DNA of 64,000 nucleotides from Nanohaloarchaea archaeon B1-Br10_U2g19 (lineage in GTDB: Archaea > Nanohalarchaeota > Nanosalinia > Nanosalinales > Nanosalinaceae): positions 3,397-67,396 of the forward strand of contig LKMO01000002.1 in NCBI GenBank assembly GCA_001563905.1, in the 5' to 3' direction. The notes beneath the pieces are model-generated. The model worked only from the letters and a program-made list of their open reading frames with translations, was not told where the DNA came from and did not search any database. Of the stretch, positions 44,944 through 54,506 are shown piece after piece (positions within the stretch are counted from its first letter, which is position 1; every line of letters starts with the position of its first letter). Position numbers and translations under genes: made by a program.

Positions 44944-47235
44944 ATGTTCCATATCGACCAAAAATTAGGTAAACTAGGAAAATACTCTGCTAAAAATCCG
45001 TGGAAAACTATACTCGCAACAGTACTAATACTTTCTGTAGCCGGATTTGGCGCCTCCCAAGTACAGATGAATATGGGTATGGAGCTGTACATCGATGAAG
45101 ATTCTCAGACTATGGAAGACTGGAATGAGATACAAGAAGACTTTAACAAAGGAAATGTCGTCTTCCTGATGTTTGAAACTGATGAAAGCTACGACATATA
45201 TGATCCTGCTGCCATGCAAACCATTGAGTCGGTCTATCAAGACCTCTATGAAGAGGTTGAAAGTGCCGGACTAGTAACCAGCATGGCACATCCTGTGAAA
45301 GCAGGTCCTGGAGGAGGAGAGATACCTGAAACCAGTGAGGATGTAGAGCACTCAATAAAAACCACTCAACAGGCGCATCCTATGAATGAAAAAGTAATAA
45401 GCAACCTACATCCAGATATCGGAGAAGAAGAGAACACAGCAATCATAATGGTTCAGTACGGTGACGTAAACGTTACCGAAGAAGACGAACTTTTCGGCTT
45501 CCTACCTGTCTCAGAAGAAAGCATAGTTGAACAGCAAGTAGAAACAGTTATTGAAGAAAACGAAATCCCTGAAGAAATGGATGTAACAGTTACAGGAGAT
45601 CCTGTCTTCGAAGAAGCAGCATTTGGTATGATGCTTCCTGAGATGATTAAACTTTTCTCTGCCGCATTTTTGATCATACTTGGAACAGTATTCTTAGTTA
45701 TGAGAGGAAAACTAGAATCTAGGAGAAATATTGCATTACCTCTCGTATCATCGGTTGCTAGCCTTTTAGTTATGATGGGCGCGATGGGATTCTTAGGATT
45801 CAACTTCAACGCTATTATGTTAGGAGTTCTCCCAATTGCACTAGGACTAAGTATAGATTACGGTTTACAGATACAGACGCGTTATACGGAAGAGAGAGGT
45901 AACGGCAAAACACCTGTTGAAGCCGGAGAAACAGCGGCTAAGTACACAGGAAGAGCCTTAGCAATCGCCATGACTACTACAGCAATAGGTCTGGGAGCAT
46001 TGTTGATATCCTCTGTACCTCCAACAAGACAATTTGGAGCCACTTCTATCTCTGCTATTGCGGCAGCAATGTTTCTCTCAGTTACTTTCTTAGTGGCTCT
46101 TCTTGTTATTTTTGATAACAAAAACTATTCTAGGAAAGAGAAAGAGTTTGAGGCCTATTTCAGCGGTTTCACAGATAAAGTGATTCAAAACAGAGGAAAG
46201 CTTATTGGTGTTGGAGTCATAATGCTTTTCCTTGGTGCTTTAGCGGCTCCGCAAGTTGACACAACGGAGGACATGCTGGATTACTGGCCTCAAATTCAGG
46301 AGCGTCACGACATAACGGCTATGGAGGAGAGGGTAGCAGCACCTAACATCATATATGCCGTAGTTGAGGAAGAAGGCATCTACAATCCTGAAAGCTTTGT
46401 TGAGATAGGAGAGTTTCAGAATAAGACTGAGGAACATGAAGAGATCATAACAGTTGTCAGCCCTATAAGGGCTACAGAGTCAACTAATAGTGACTGGCTG
46501 CCTGAGACTCAGGAAGAGCTTGATGAACAGATGGATATACGTGCTGGAGTTGACAGACCGCCTACAGCAGGACAACATCCGTACAACCACTCTGACAGAG
46601 TAGTGATTCAGATTTATGTTGAAGATATCTCTGGTGAAACGGAGAGAGATGTAATTGATCATGTTGAGAGTACTGCAGAAGTGATGGACAAAGATACACG
46701 CGTGACCGGTAAGATGGTTGTGAACCGGAATGTTATTGAGAACGTTACTTCGGGATTAGCGCCTATGACAGCTTTAAGCTTTGCTCTAGGGTTTTTATTC
46801 TTGGCTATAGCTTTGAGATCTTTCAAGGACTCTGCAATCCTTATAGGGTCTGTTGCTGTGTCTTCGGTACTGCTTCTAACCGGAGCAATGTACGTATTTA
46901 ACGTGCCATGGAATCCTTTGACAGTTACAGTTGCAGCAATTATACTCGGGATAGGGATTGATTATGGAGTACATGTTAATGAGAGATACAAAGAGGAGCT
47001 TGAAAACGGGAAAAATAGTGTGGAAGCTATGAAAAAAGCTGTGGCTCATAAATCTCGTCCAATACTGGGTTCAGGACTTACAACACTATTAGGGTTTGGA
47101 GTCTTAGTGTTATCGGATTTCCCAGTACTTGTGAACTTTGGTTATGCGGTCTTATTTGCGATGGCGTTCGCACTAGCGGCAACATTTGTTTTGCTCCCTG
47201 CAACAGTATTGGCGGTTGATAAGTTCAGGGACTAA
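44944..47235 (+). CDS. RND-superfamily exporter (MMPL / COG1033-like), 12 TM with two extracytoplasmic domains
   Basis: 763 aa. Duplicated architecture: TM1 + large loop + 5 TM, repeated. GLSIDYGLQI and GIGIDYGVHV are paired motifs. Confidence 0.85.
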   Translation: MFHIDQKLGKLGKYSAKNPWKTILATVLILSVAGFGASQVQMNMGMELYIDEDSQTMEDWNEIQEDFNKGNVVFLMFETDESYDIYDPAAMQTIESVYQDLYEEVESAGLVTSMAHPVKAGPGGGEIPETSEDVEHSIKTTQQAHPMNEKVISNLHPDIGEEENTAIIMVQYGDVNVTEEDELFGFLPVSEESIVEQQVETVIEENEIPEEMDVTVTGDPVFEEAAFGMMLPEMIKLFSAAFLIILGTVFLVMRGKLESRRNIALPLVSSVASLLVMMGAMGFLGFNFNAIMLGVLPIALGLSIDYGLQIQTRYTEERGNGKTPVEAGETAAKYTGRALAIAMTTTAIGLGALLISSVPPTRQFGATSISAIAAAMFLSVTFLVALLVIFDNKNYSRKEKEFEAYFSGFTDKVIQNRGKLIGVGVIMLFLGALAAPQVDTTEDMLDYWPQIQERHDITAMEERVAAPNIIYAVVEEEGIYNPESFVEIGEFQNKTEEHEEIITVVSPIRATESTNSDWLPETQEELDEQMDIRAGVDRPPTAGQHPYNHSDRVVIQIYVEDISGETERDVIDHVESTAEVMDKDTRVTGKMVVNRNVIENVTSGLAPMTALSFALGFLFLAIALRSFKDSAILIGSVAVSSVLLLTGAMYVFNVPWNPLTVTVAAIILGIGIDYGVHVNERYKEELENGKNSVEAMKKAVAHKSRPILGSGLTTLLGFGVLVLSDFPVLVNFGYAVLFAMAFALAATFVLLPATVLAVDKFRD

Positions 47236-47327
47236 AAAAACCATTTCTTCATTCCCCTCTTTTTTCTTTAGAAATGCTGATAGAACGTGTTCAGAAATAA
47301 GAAAAAGAAGAAAATTATTTAATCAGA

Positions 47328-48347
47328 TTAGATGTAATCTGGTTTCTCGTGCCCTATCTCTTCTAGAGGCTTAAGAAGCTCTGGCTCTTCCTTAAACCTT
47401 TCTCTTACAGGCTCAAGTTTTTCGGCTATATGATTAGCGACGCTGTTCTTAAGATCTTGCGGATGTAGTTCTCCTGATTCAAACGCTTGCTCAAGCTCAT
47501 CTAGTGTTTCATACTTCGCGTTTCCTCCGTACTCTTCAGGTCTTTCAACTAAGAGCTCTTCATCGTCACCAAAGATATGGAAACGTGCAACCTGTATAAT
47601 AGGGTTTTCCTCAACTTCTCCTTGAGGACAGTAAGCACCGTTAATACGGTCTTTGATTGTTTCTTTGGAGGCGTGTAGAGGGAACATTGTCTTAGGTTTA
47701 GAGGAACTCATCTTATCGGTTCCTTGAAGAGAAACAACTAAAGGATGATGAAGGCAAGTAGGTTTCCTGTAACCTATGTCTGGAAGAACTTCTCTTGCCA
47801 GCATATGGATTTTTCTCTGCTCTATACCTCCAATAGCAACATCTACATCTAGATACTCGATGTCCAGTGCTTGCATTAACGGGTAGACTATCTGTGAAAC
47901 GCTTTGGCTATCGCGGTCGCCTCTTGCAACTTCCTGCATACTTCTAGTTCCACGGTTAATCGTTGTATTCAAGCTTATTTCAAGTATGTCGTGGAAGTAA
48001 TCGGTGTCCTCTTGGAACTCTCTTCCTCGGATGTACTCAGCCTCTAGTCCACAGGCTTCGAAAGTTGCTTGCCAGTACTCGGTCATAGCCTGTATCCAGT
48101 CTTCTTCACCTTTCTTGTTGAGGTAGGTATGCAGATCTGCGAATAAAATCTTGACGTTGAAACCGGCTTTCTGCATGTCCAGTGTTTTTCTGATGCTTAG
48201 CCAGTGGCCGAGATGTAAAGGTCCTGAAGTCTCATATCCTACATAAGTGGTTGGAGAGTCTTTTTCTAGTATTTCATCTAGTTCTTCTTCTGTAACGATT
48301 TCAGTTGTATTTCTCAGGACCAGTTCTTTACGTTTCTCGACGTCCAT
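47328..48347 (-). CDS. tyrS: tyrosyl-tRNA synthetase (archaeal type)
   Basis: 339 aa. GYETSGPLHLGH (HIGH), ADLHTYLN, KMSSSKP (KMSKS). Confidence 0.92.
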   Translation of the reverse strand: MDVEKRKELVLRNTTEIVTEEELDEILEKDSPTTYVGYETSGPLHLGHWLSIRKTLDMQKAGFNVKILFADLHTYLNKKGEEDWIQAMTEYWQATFEACGLEAEYIRGREFQEDTDYFHDILEISLNTTINRGTRSMQEVARGDRDSQSVSQIVYPLMQALDIEYLDVDVAIGGIEQRKIHMLAREVLPDIGYRKPTCLHHPLVVSLQGTDKMSSSKPKTMFPLHASKETIKDRINGAYCPQGEVEENPIIQVARFHIFGDDEELLVERPEEYGGNAKYETLDELEQAFESGELHPQDLKNSVANHIAEKLEPVRERFKEEPELLKPLEEIGHEKPDYI

Positions 48348-48372
48348 AACTAGATAGTTTCTGTTTTAACTG

Positions 48373-49002
48373 TTATAATTCTTCTTGACTGTTTGAGAAA
48401 CCTATAAAGTTGTAACCTACAGAGTGAGAGTCTTCCTTCCTACCTAGTTCTTCGGCATTAAGGGTTGCTACCGCTGCGCTGGGTTCCTCATAACTGTTAG
48501 GATCTACGGTTTCTTCAATAAGCTCGGCGCTACTATCTGTTTCAGGTATTAGTTCGTAGAACTCTTCGTCAAACTTTGCTGCCTCCATAGCGAACATTAG
48601 TGTATCATTTCTAGCTCTCTGAAGCGAACGGTAGTCTAAAGATTCGTTGTCCAGTCTTTCGTTGTCTACAGTTTCCTGTTCTGAATGAAGATCTAGCCAG
48701 TCGTAGTTTTCTCCTGTTTCAGGAAGGTTTCCGTGACGTCTTGCAATACGGTATAACTGTTCTTCACGGTTTTCAAACATTTGAGGCTCTACAGAATCTA
48801 AAACTTCGTTCGCCTCCTCTAAAAGACTTTCTAACTCATCTAAATCATCTTTATAGCTTTTACTGTCTTCTATATACATTTCAACTAGGTCAGAATCATC
48901 TATAAAACCATAAGATATTTGGAAACGTTTTGAAGTTCGCGAACTACGTTCTCTAAGGTCTTCTGCTAACTGATCTACATATCTCTGAGAGTAGCCTTCC
49001 AT
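48373..49002 (-). CDS. hypothetical acidic protein (ORFan)
   Basis: 209-aa ORF, highly acidic. No family recognised. Confidence 0.55.
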   Translation of the reverse strand: MEGYSQRYVDQLAEDLRERSSRTSKRFQISYGFIDDSDLVEMYIEDSKSYKDDLDELESLLEEANEVLDSVEPQMFENREEQLYRIARRHGNLPETGENYDWLDLHSEQETVDNERLDNESLDYRSLQRARNDTLMFAMEAAKFDEEFYELIPETDSSAELIEETVDPNSYEEPSAAVATLNAEELGRKEDSHSVGYNFIGFSNSQEEL

Positions 49003-49019
49003 GGCTAGGAAGAGACATG

Positions 49020-49535
49020 TTAACTACATAAGTCTGCTGTCTCAGCTTCCGTACACTGTTCCAGCTCTTCCGACGTTATCTTAACACCTACGACTCTGGA
49101 GCCGGCAGCCGGTCTAAGATACTCTTTCTCTAGAAGTGTTTCCTGCATATAGACAGGTATACTGAGATCGAAAGGAGATACTCCTCCGACAACGTAACCT
49201 GTCTCATCTTTCACCTCTCCGGGTTTAGCCATTCTCACTTCGGAATCAGTTGTTTCTGAAAGCTTTTCTTCATCTACACGTCTATGACCGGGACATAAAA
49301 CTGCTACAAAACTGTCTCCTGCCTTGAAAACCAGTGTTTTCACTATTTGATCAATCTCAACATCAGAATGCTGTGCAGACTCTTCACAGGTCTCTGATTT
49401 GGCATGTATACGGAACTCAGCCTCCAAACCATTATCTTTACAGAACTCTAATACTCTCCTAACATTTCCTAAGTCTTCTTCTATAAAATCTAAGAACTGG
49501 TCTAACTCGCTGGAGTTCTGTTCGAAATACTTCAT
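49020..49535 (-). CDS. YbaK/ProX-type aminoacyl-tRNA deacylase
   Basis: Start taken at MKYFEQ (49535); the ORF is open to 49676, but that extension would overlap rtcA. IVKTLVFKAGDSFVAVLCPG, GYVVGGVSPF. Confidence 0.82.
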   Translation of the reverse strand: MKYFEQNSSELDQFLDFIEEDLGNVRRVLEFCKDNGLEAEFRIHAKSETCEESAQHSDVEIDQIVKTLVFKAGDSFVAVLCPGHRRVDEEKLSETTDSEVRMAKPGEVKDETGYVVGGVSPFDLSIPVYMQETLLEKEYLRPAAGSRVVGVKITSEELEQCTEAETADLCS

Positions 49536-49581
49536 AAAGAGTTGTTTGGGTTGAAAAACTTTTGAAGACAAACCCTTTCCT

Positions 49582-50592
49582 ATGATTGAGATCGATGGAT
49601 CCAAAGGCGGCGGACAGATACTCCGGACAAGCCTTACATTATCGGCGTTGAGGCAAGAGCCGTTCCGTATAGACAATATTAGAGGTTCGCGACCTAACCC
49701 GGGTCTGAAAAATCAGCATTTGGAAGCAGTAAAAACTGTTCAGAGACTTACTGATGCAGAAGTTAAAGGCGCGAATATAGGGTCTGAAAAGCTAGAATTT
49801 AAACCTAAAACATTGAAAGAAGAATCTTTCACAGTTAATATAGGTACTGCAGGAAGTATAACACTTCTTTTGGATACAGTGCTTCCCTTAGCTGAAAAAC
49901 TTGATTTAAGACTTACGGTTAAAGGAGGGACTGACGTAAAATGGTCTCCAACACTATCCTACTTTAAACACGTTAAACTTCCTTTACTCAAGAAAAAAGG
50001 TTTGAACGCTGAAATAGATTTGGAAAAAACAGGATACTATCCTAAAGGCGGAGGAGAAGCAACTTTACGGCTTGAGAAATCAGATTTGAACTCTTTCAGT
50101 TTAGAGGATAGGGGAGAGCTTCAAAGATTCGAAATATACAGTAAGGCATCTAAAGAACTAGAAGAACAGAGCGTTGCGGATAGACAAGCTGATGAGGTGG
50201 CAAGAATAATTAAAAACTCTCATATCTCCGTGCCTGTAAACAAAGATATTTCTTACGCTGAAACAAGCTCTCCAGGCTCAACACTACTTGTTAAAGCAGT
50301 CTATGAAAACAGTATAGTAGGATTCGATGTCCTAGGCGAGAAAGGAAAAAGATCGGAGAATGTAGCGAAAGAAGCTGTTCAAAAATTTAAGAAGTTCCAT
50401 GCTTCAGAAGCTGTGGTAGATGAGTATATGGCAGACCAGATAATAGTATTCTTGCTAGGATCGGAATCCTGTTTAAAGGGCTTGAAGTCTACTAACCATG
50501 TTCGAACAAATCTAGAAACGGTTAGACAGTTCGGATACACTATTGATGCTGAAGAGGATGAGAAGCTGATTAATCTCCGATCCAGAGTATAG
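49582..50592 (+). CDS. rtcA: RNA 3'-terminal phosphate cyclase
   Basis: 336 aa. IEIDGSKGGGQILRTSLTLSAL, GTAGSITLLLDTVLP, DEYMADQIIVFL, TNHVRTN. Confidence 0.94.
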   Translation: MIEIDGSKGGGQILRTSLTLSALRQEPFRIDNIRGSRPNPGLKNQHLEAVKTVQRLTDAEVKGANIGSEKLEFKPKTLKEESFTVNIGTAGSITLLLDTVLPLAEKLDLRLTVKGGTDVKWSPTLSYFKHVKLPLLKKKGLNAEIDLEKTGYYPKGGGEATLRLEKSDLNSFSLEDRGELQRFEIYSKASKELEEQSVADRQADEVARIIKNSHISVPVNKDISYAETSSPGSTLLVKAVYENSIVGFDVLGEKGKRSENVAKEAVQKFKKFHASEAVVDEYMADQIIVFLLGSESCLKGLKSTNHVRTNLETVRQFGYTIDAEEDEKLINLRSRV

Positions 50593-51514
50593 GCATATCT
50601 TCTTCAGACTCCCAGGCCTCACGTCTTATATGGTCGTTGTGGAATCTTCCTTGTAGAGGCTTGTAGTACATGCTTTCGTTCTCTCCACGAGGTGTGGGGA
50701 CATCGTACCTTATGAACTCTCCGTCCTCCTCGTTGAAAAGTAGGTGTTCGAATATTTCGTTGTACTCTGCATCGAAATGAAGTGTATGAACCCTGTCTTC
50801 CTCAAAAGATGATATATGAAGGCTTCTTGTCGGCATTGCCTCTGTATCTCTCATGTAGTTGTATCTTCTTCCACCTAATCCATGTAGTATCTTGTCTTCT
50901 ATAGAACGGGAATAAGGCATATGCACATGATCGTAGATGAACATGTCGGAGTCTTGAAGGCTTGGAGGTATCTCGTTTAACGTGTTCTGGTTAGTATCTT
51001 TATCTACGGAGAAAAGGTTATCTAAAAACTCTGAATCTCTGTAATCAGGAGGTGTAAGATGGTTGTCTCTTCCGTCTTTACGAGGATGGTGTGCTGCCTG
51101 TATTTTCAAACCTTCTATCTCGGTTTCGAATCCTTCGTCAAATATCTCGTAGTCTAGTTCAACATCGAAAGGGTCAGGACTGTTTATCTGTGTCATCCAT
51201 CCTGGTCGCCGGTTTTCACTTGGTTTTTTCTTATCTTCATCACCGGCCACTAGTTTTAACGGTACGTCCTCTTCTATTTGTGTTAGAACGCTGTATACGT
51301 CGTCAAATGTTCCTGTATCTCCTAGGATCCAGATTTCATCGATTTCGTAGTGTTCTGTGTAGTTGTTTATCTGTTCTCCTACTTCTTTGCAGTAGTTTTC
51401 CCTGTGTTTTTCTTCAAAGGCGTGTATTTCGGAGATGTTTAGAACGTTGTAGTTTTCGGATAGGTCGATATCTTCGGGCTCGTAAAGATTTTCTTGAACA
51501 GTCAGAGAAGGCAC
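50570..51514 (-). CDS. divergent calcineurin-like metallophosphoesterase (degenerate motifs)
   Basis: 314 aa. NISEIH, ILGDTGTFDD, VAGDED, AAHHP, IYDHVHMP approximate MPE motifs I-V, with substitutions in I and III. Confidence 0.5.
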   Translation of the reverse strand: MPSLTVQENLYEPEDIDLSENYNVLNISEIHAFEEKHRENYCKEVGEQINNYTEHYEIDEIWILGDTGTFDDVYSVLTQIEEDVPLKLVAGDEDKKKPSENRRPGWMTQINSPDPFDVELDYEIFDEGFETEIEGLKIQAAHHPRKDGRDNHLTPPDYRDSEFLDNLFSVDKDTNQNTLNEIPPSLQDSDMFIYDHVHMPYSRSIEDKILHGLGGRRYNYMRDTEAMPTRSLHISSFEEDRVHTLHFDAEYNEIFEHLLFNEEDGEFIRYDVPTPRGENESMYYKPLQGRFHNDHIRREAWESEEDMPILWIGD

Positions 51515-51630
51515 CCTTTCTGGTTTGCAGGTTTTCTAAGTAGTCTAAAGGGGTGTGGACCGTTCTCAACCCTGTTCATTAAGTTGTAGTAATAAGAAAG
51601 AAAATTAAATATGTATGGTATGTTATAGCT

Positions 51631-52068
51631 CTACTCTATATCGATGTTCCATTCGTCGTCGCTTTCTTCTGTTTCCGCTTCTACTGTTAGAACGCCGTCT
51701 TCGTACTTTGCTTTGATTGTCTCTGGATCGATATCTGTCGGCCATGCGACTCTACGGTTGTACTTTCTGCTGCTTCTTTCTTTTCTGAAGTATTTCTCGT
51801 TCTCCTCTTTGATCTCTTGTTTGCTTTCTGCTGAGATCTCTACACCGTTTTCATCTGCTTTGAGGCTGATGTCTTCTTTCTGTACTCCTGGTAGGTCGGC
51901 TGTTAGAACTAGTTTTCCTTCTTCTTCGATAATGTTGACTGCTACGTTACTTCCTAGCTCAAGCTCTTTACCGTAGCTCTGGAACTGGTTGAACATGCTT
52001 TGGAACTGGTCAAAGACGTTGTCGAACCGGTCGTTTCTGTTCATTTTTTTCATTGTGTTTTGATTCAC
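51631..52068 (-). CDS. small heat-shock protein (Hsp20/alpha-crystallin)
   Basis: 145 aa. LVLTADLPGVQKEDISLKADENGVEISAE ... IKAKYEDGVLTVEA. Confidence 0.92.
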   Translation of the reverse strand: MNQNTMKKMNRNDRFDNVFDQFQSMFNQFQSYGKELELGSNVAVNIIEEEGKLVLTADLPGVQKEDISLKADENGVEISAESKQEIKEENEKYFRKERSSRKYNRRVAWPTDIDPETIKAKYEDGVLTVEAETEESDDEWNIDIE

Positions 52069-52097
52069 CTTCGTTTTATAGACATGTATAAAAACTT

Positions 52098-52289
52098 TTA
52101 TTGGTTTCCTTTCTCCGCAACCTTTTTCAGAAACTTGATCTGTTTATGTATCTCTTGTATTAGGTCTTCTGCCGACTCCTGTTTCGAAGTCAGTGTCTCG
52201 CCATCGTTCTCCTCTTCTATCTTATGAAGCTCTTTCTCAGTATCATCGACACGGTGCTCGATATCTTCTAGGAGTTTTTCGGGATCCAT
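52098..52289 (-). CDS. hypothetical small coiled-coil protein
   Basis: 63-aa ORF, charged and helical. Weak support. Confidence 0.4.
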   Translation of the reverse strand: MDPEKLLEDIEHRVDDTEKELHKIEEENDGETLTSKQESAEDLIQEIHKQIKFLKKVAEKGNQ

Positions 52290-52369
52290 AAAAACAGTTT
52301 TAGAACTCGACCATTATCATACTTGCTATAACACATAAGATATTAATTTGTAAGAGTTGAATCAGTAAA

Positions 52370-53074
52370 ATGATGTCGACAAACTCTATAAATCCCAGTT
52401 CAGTTTATGAAGCAAACTCAATGGATACTAAGGACTCAACATTAAATCACAGGTTCTATTCAAATTTCGAATCTGAAGAAGTAGATGCAATACTATTAGA
52501 TTACAATCCTATCATCCACGGAATAAACAGGACAGAATGGTGCGTTGATACACCGTTGGCAGAGACTGTAGAAGAAGAATTAAGCTCAGTAATGAAAGAA
52601 GAGTTCGAAGATAACTGGGACAACGAACTAGAGATCTACTCCGACCAAGAAAACCTAACTGACGTATACGACATGGTTGACGCTGCAAAAGAGAACGACA
52701 TCCCTGTATATACACCGGACAACATGTTCGGAAAAGTTTTGAGAGTATTAGACAGTCCAAAATACCCTGATAAAAGAGCTGCACAAGAAACAATCCAAAG
52801 CTCGGTTTTCAACTATTTAGCCTCAAATACGAGAGCTGTAAGATTTACAGAAAACTTCAGAGATGTTCTAAACGGTGTTTACAACGGCAAACATCCGGAG
52901 AAACGTAGACCTGACGAAGACAGAACACTGTCCAAACTAGCCAGAGATAAAAACGCGGTAGTGGCAACATACGATACTGACTTTGTCGACAGCTTTGCAT
53001 TAGCCGAAGGCTTTACACCTAAACAGCTCGCATATATGGTCAGAGATCAGAATGAAGAGAGCCACCAAGGTTAG
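52370..53074 (+). CDS. PIN-domain-like nuclease (long form)
   Basis: 234 aa. AILLDYNPIIHG (first acidic residue) and VVATYDTDFVDS (C-terminal D.D) bracket a PIN-like layout. Assignment by motif only. Confidence 0.55.
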   Translation: MMSTNSINPSSVYEANSMDTKDSTLNHRFYSNFESEEVDAILLDYNPIIHGINRTEWCVDTPLAETVEEELSSVMKEEFEDNWDNELEIYSDQENLTDVYDMVDAAKENDIPVYTPDNMFGKVLRVLDSPKYPDKRAAQETIQSSVFNYLASNTRAVRFTENFRDVLNGVYNGKHPEKRRPDEDRTLSKLARDKNAVVATYDTDFVDSFALAEGFTPKQLAYMVRDQNEESHQG

Positions 53075-53264
53075 AAAGAAGGCAGAAGAGATAATAGAGA
53101 AAGGCGAAAAGCCGTCAGCCACACGTATAAGCCAGGAACTAGAGTTCGGGACGCCGGATGTACACCGGTGTCTCAACTACTTAGAGAAAAACAAGGAGAT
53201 TGAAACATACCGTAGAAAGGTTCTAGGAAAGGATTACAGGATGGTCGGCGTTAAAAGAAACTAG
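53052..53264 (+). CDS. small basic winged-helix protein
   Basis: 70 aa. Overlaps the last 23 nt of the PIN-like gene in another frame. PSATRISQELEFGTPDVHRCLNYLEKNKEIETYRR is HTH-like. Confidence 0.5.
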   Translation: MKRATKVRKKAEEIIEKGEKPSATRISQELEFGTPDVHRCLNYLEKNKEIETYRRKVLGKDYRMVGVKRN

Positions 53265-53310
53265 GATATATCGGTACCGATATAAAAGAAAGTTGTTCTA
53301 AACAGTAACT

Positions 53311-53808
53311 GTGAAGGGAAATCTCAAACTATTAGCCCTAAAATACCTGAAAAACCAAGGAGAACTCTCAGGAACAGAAATAATAGAAAAAGTAGAAAAA
53401 GGAACAGGCTGGACTCCTTCGCCAGGAACGCTCTACCCTTTACTCGACAAACTAGACAAAGAAGGGCTTCTAGAATCCGAGAAAAAAGGTAGAAGCAGAA
53501 AGTTCAGTATAACAGATAAAGGTGAAGAAAAGTTTACGGAGTTCCAAGAAGAACAAGAAAAGTACTGGGGACAGGTAATTCAGAGCCTTAGAAACTACAA
53601 AGAGATGTTCGACGAAGAAGAGCTCGAAGACTTCATCTACCAGCTAGAACAAGCCAAACAAGGAAACTACGAGATACCGTATCCAAAGATGCTGTGCTAC
53701 CGAATAATAGATAGTATAAAAGACTATGAAGAGAAAAGTCCGGAAGAACAGCAGAAAATCAATGAAACCCTTGAAAACACTTTAGAAACGGTAGAAGACC
53801 TGAAATGA
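53311..53808 (+). CDS. PadR-family transcriptional regulator
   Basis: 165 aa with GTG start. LSGTEIIEKVEKGTGWTPSPGTLYPLLDKLDKEGLLES. Confidence 0.88.
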   Translation: MKGNLKLLALKYLKNQGELSGTEIIEKVEKGTGWTPSPGTLYPLLDKLDKEGLLESEKKGRSRKFSITDKGEEKFTEFQEEQEKYWGQVIQSLRNYKEMFDEEELEDFIYQLEQAKQGNYEIPYPKMLCYRIIDSIKDYEEKSPEEQQKINETLENTLETVEDLK

Positions 53809-54506
53809 CTGAGATAAAACTTGAAAAAGTGTTCAAAGAGTATGAAATGGGCGAGACATTAGTACAAGCCCTTAGAGGAGTAGATCTTACAATAGAAGAA
53901 GGAGACTTCGCAGCAATAATGGGTCCCAGCGGCTCAGGAAAATCAACTCTCATGAACATGGTAGGGGCTTTAGACAAGCCTACAAGAGGAAAAGTACTTT
54001 TCGAAGACAAAGATATCTCCAAGTACTCAGAAAACCAGTTAGCAATGCTTAGAGGTAGGGAAGTAGGCTTCGTATTCCAGAAGTTTAATCTGATTCCGAC
54101 AATGACAGCTCTAGAAAACGTTGCTTTACCGATGCTTTTCCAAGAGAAACCTAAAACTTATAGAGAGAAAAGAGCCGCAGAGCTGCTTGAGGAAGTAGAG
54201 CTAGGTGATCGATTAAGCCATTATCCTAACGAACTGTCCGGCGGACAGCAGCAAAGAGTTTCTATAGCAAGAGCGCTTGCAAACGATCCTGAAATAATCT
54301 TGGCTGACGAACCTACAGGAAACCTAGACAGTAAAACAGGGGAGAAAGTGATGAACCTTCTAACAAAGCTTAACCAAGAAGAGAAAAAGACGATTATTAT
54401 GGTTACACACGATCAAAACGATGCAGATTATGCAGATTATACAATAAACATTAAAGACGGTCAAACAACCACAACAAACAATACTAAAGAGGCTAAACAA
54501 AAATGA
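53805..54506 (+). CDS. ABC transporter ATP-binding protein (MacB/LolD type)
   Basis: 233 aa. [33 protein letters not shown] overlap with padR. Confidence 0.95.
   Translation: MTEIKLEKVFKEYEMGETLVQALRGVDLTIEEGDFAAIMGPSGSGKSTLMNMVGALDKPTRGKVLFEDKDISKYSENQLAMLRGREVGFVFQKFNLIPTMTALENVALPMLFQEKPKTYREKRAAELLEEVELGDRLSHYPNELSGGQQQRVSIARALANDPEIILADEPTGNLDSKTGEKVMNLLTKLNQEEKKTIIMVTHDQNDADYADYTINIKDGQTTTTNNTKEAKQK

Noticed and set aside
49536-49676. 47-codon N-terminal extension of the YbaK-like ORF
   Set aside because: It would overlap the rtcA start (49582) on the opposite strand. YbaK/ProX proteins are about 160-170 aa, matching a start at 49535.
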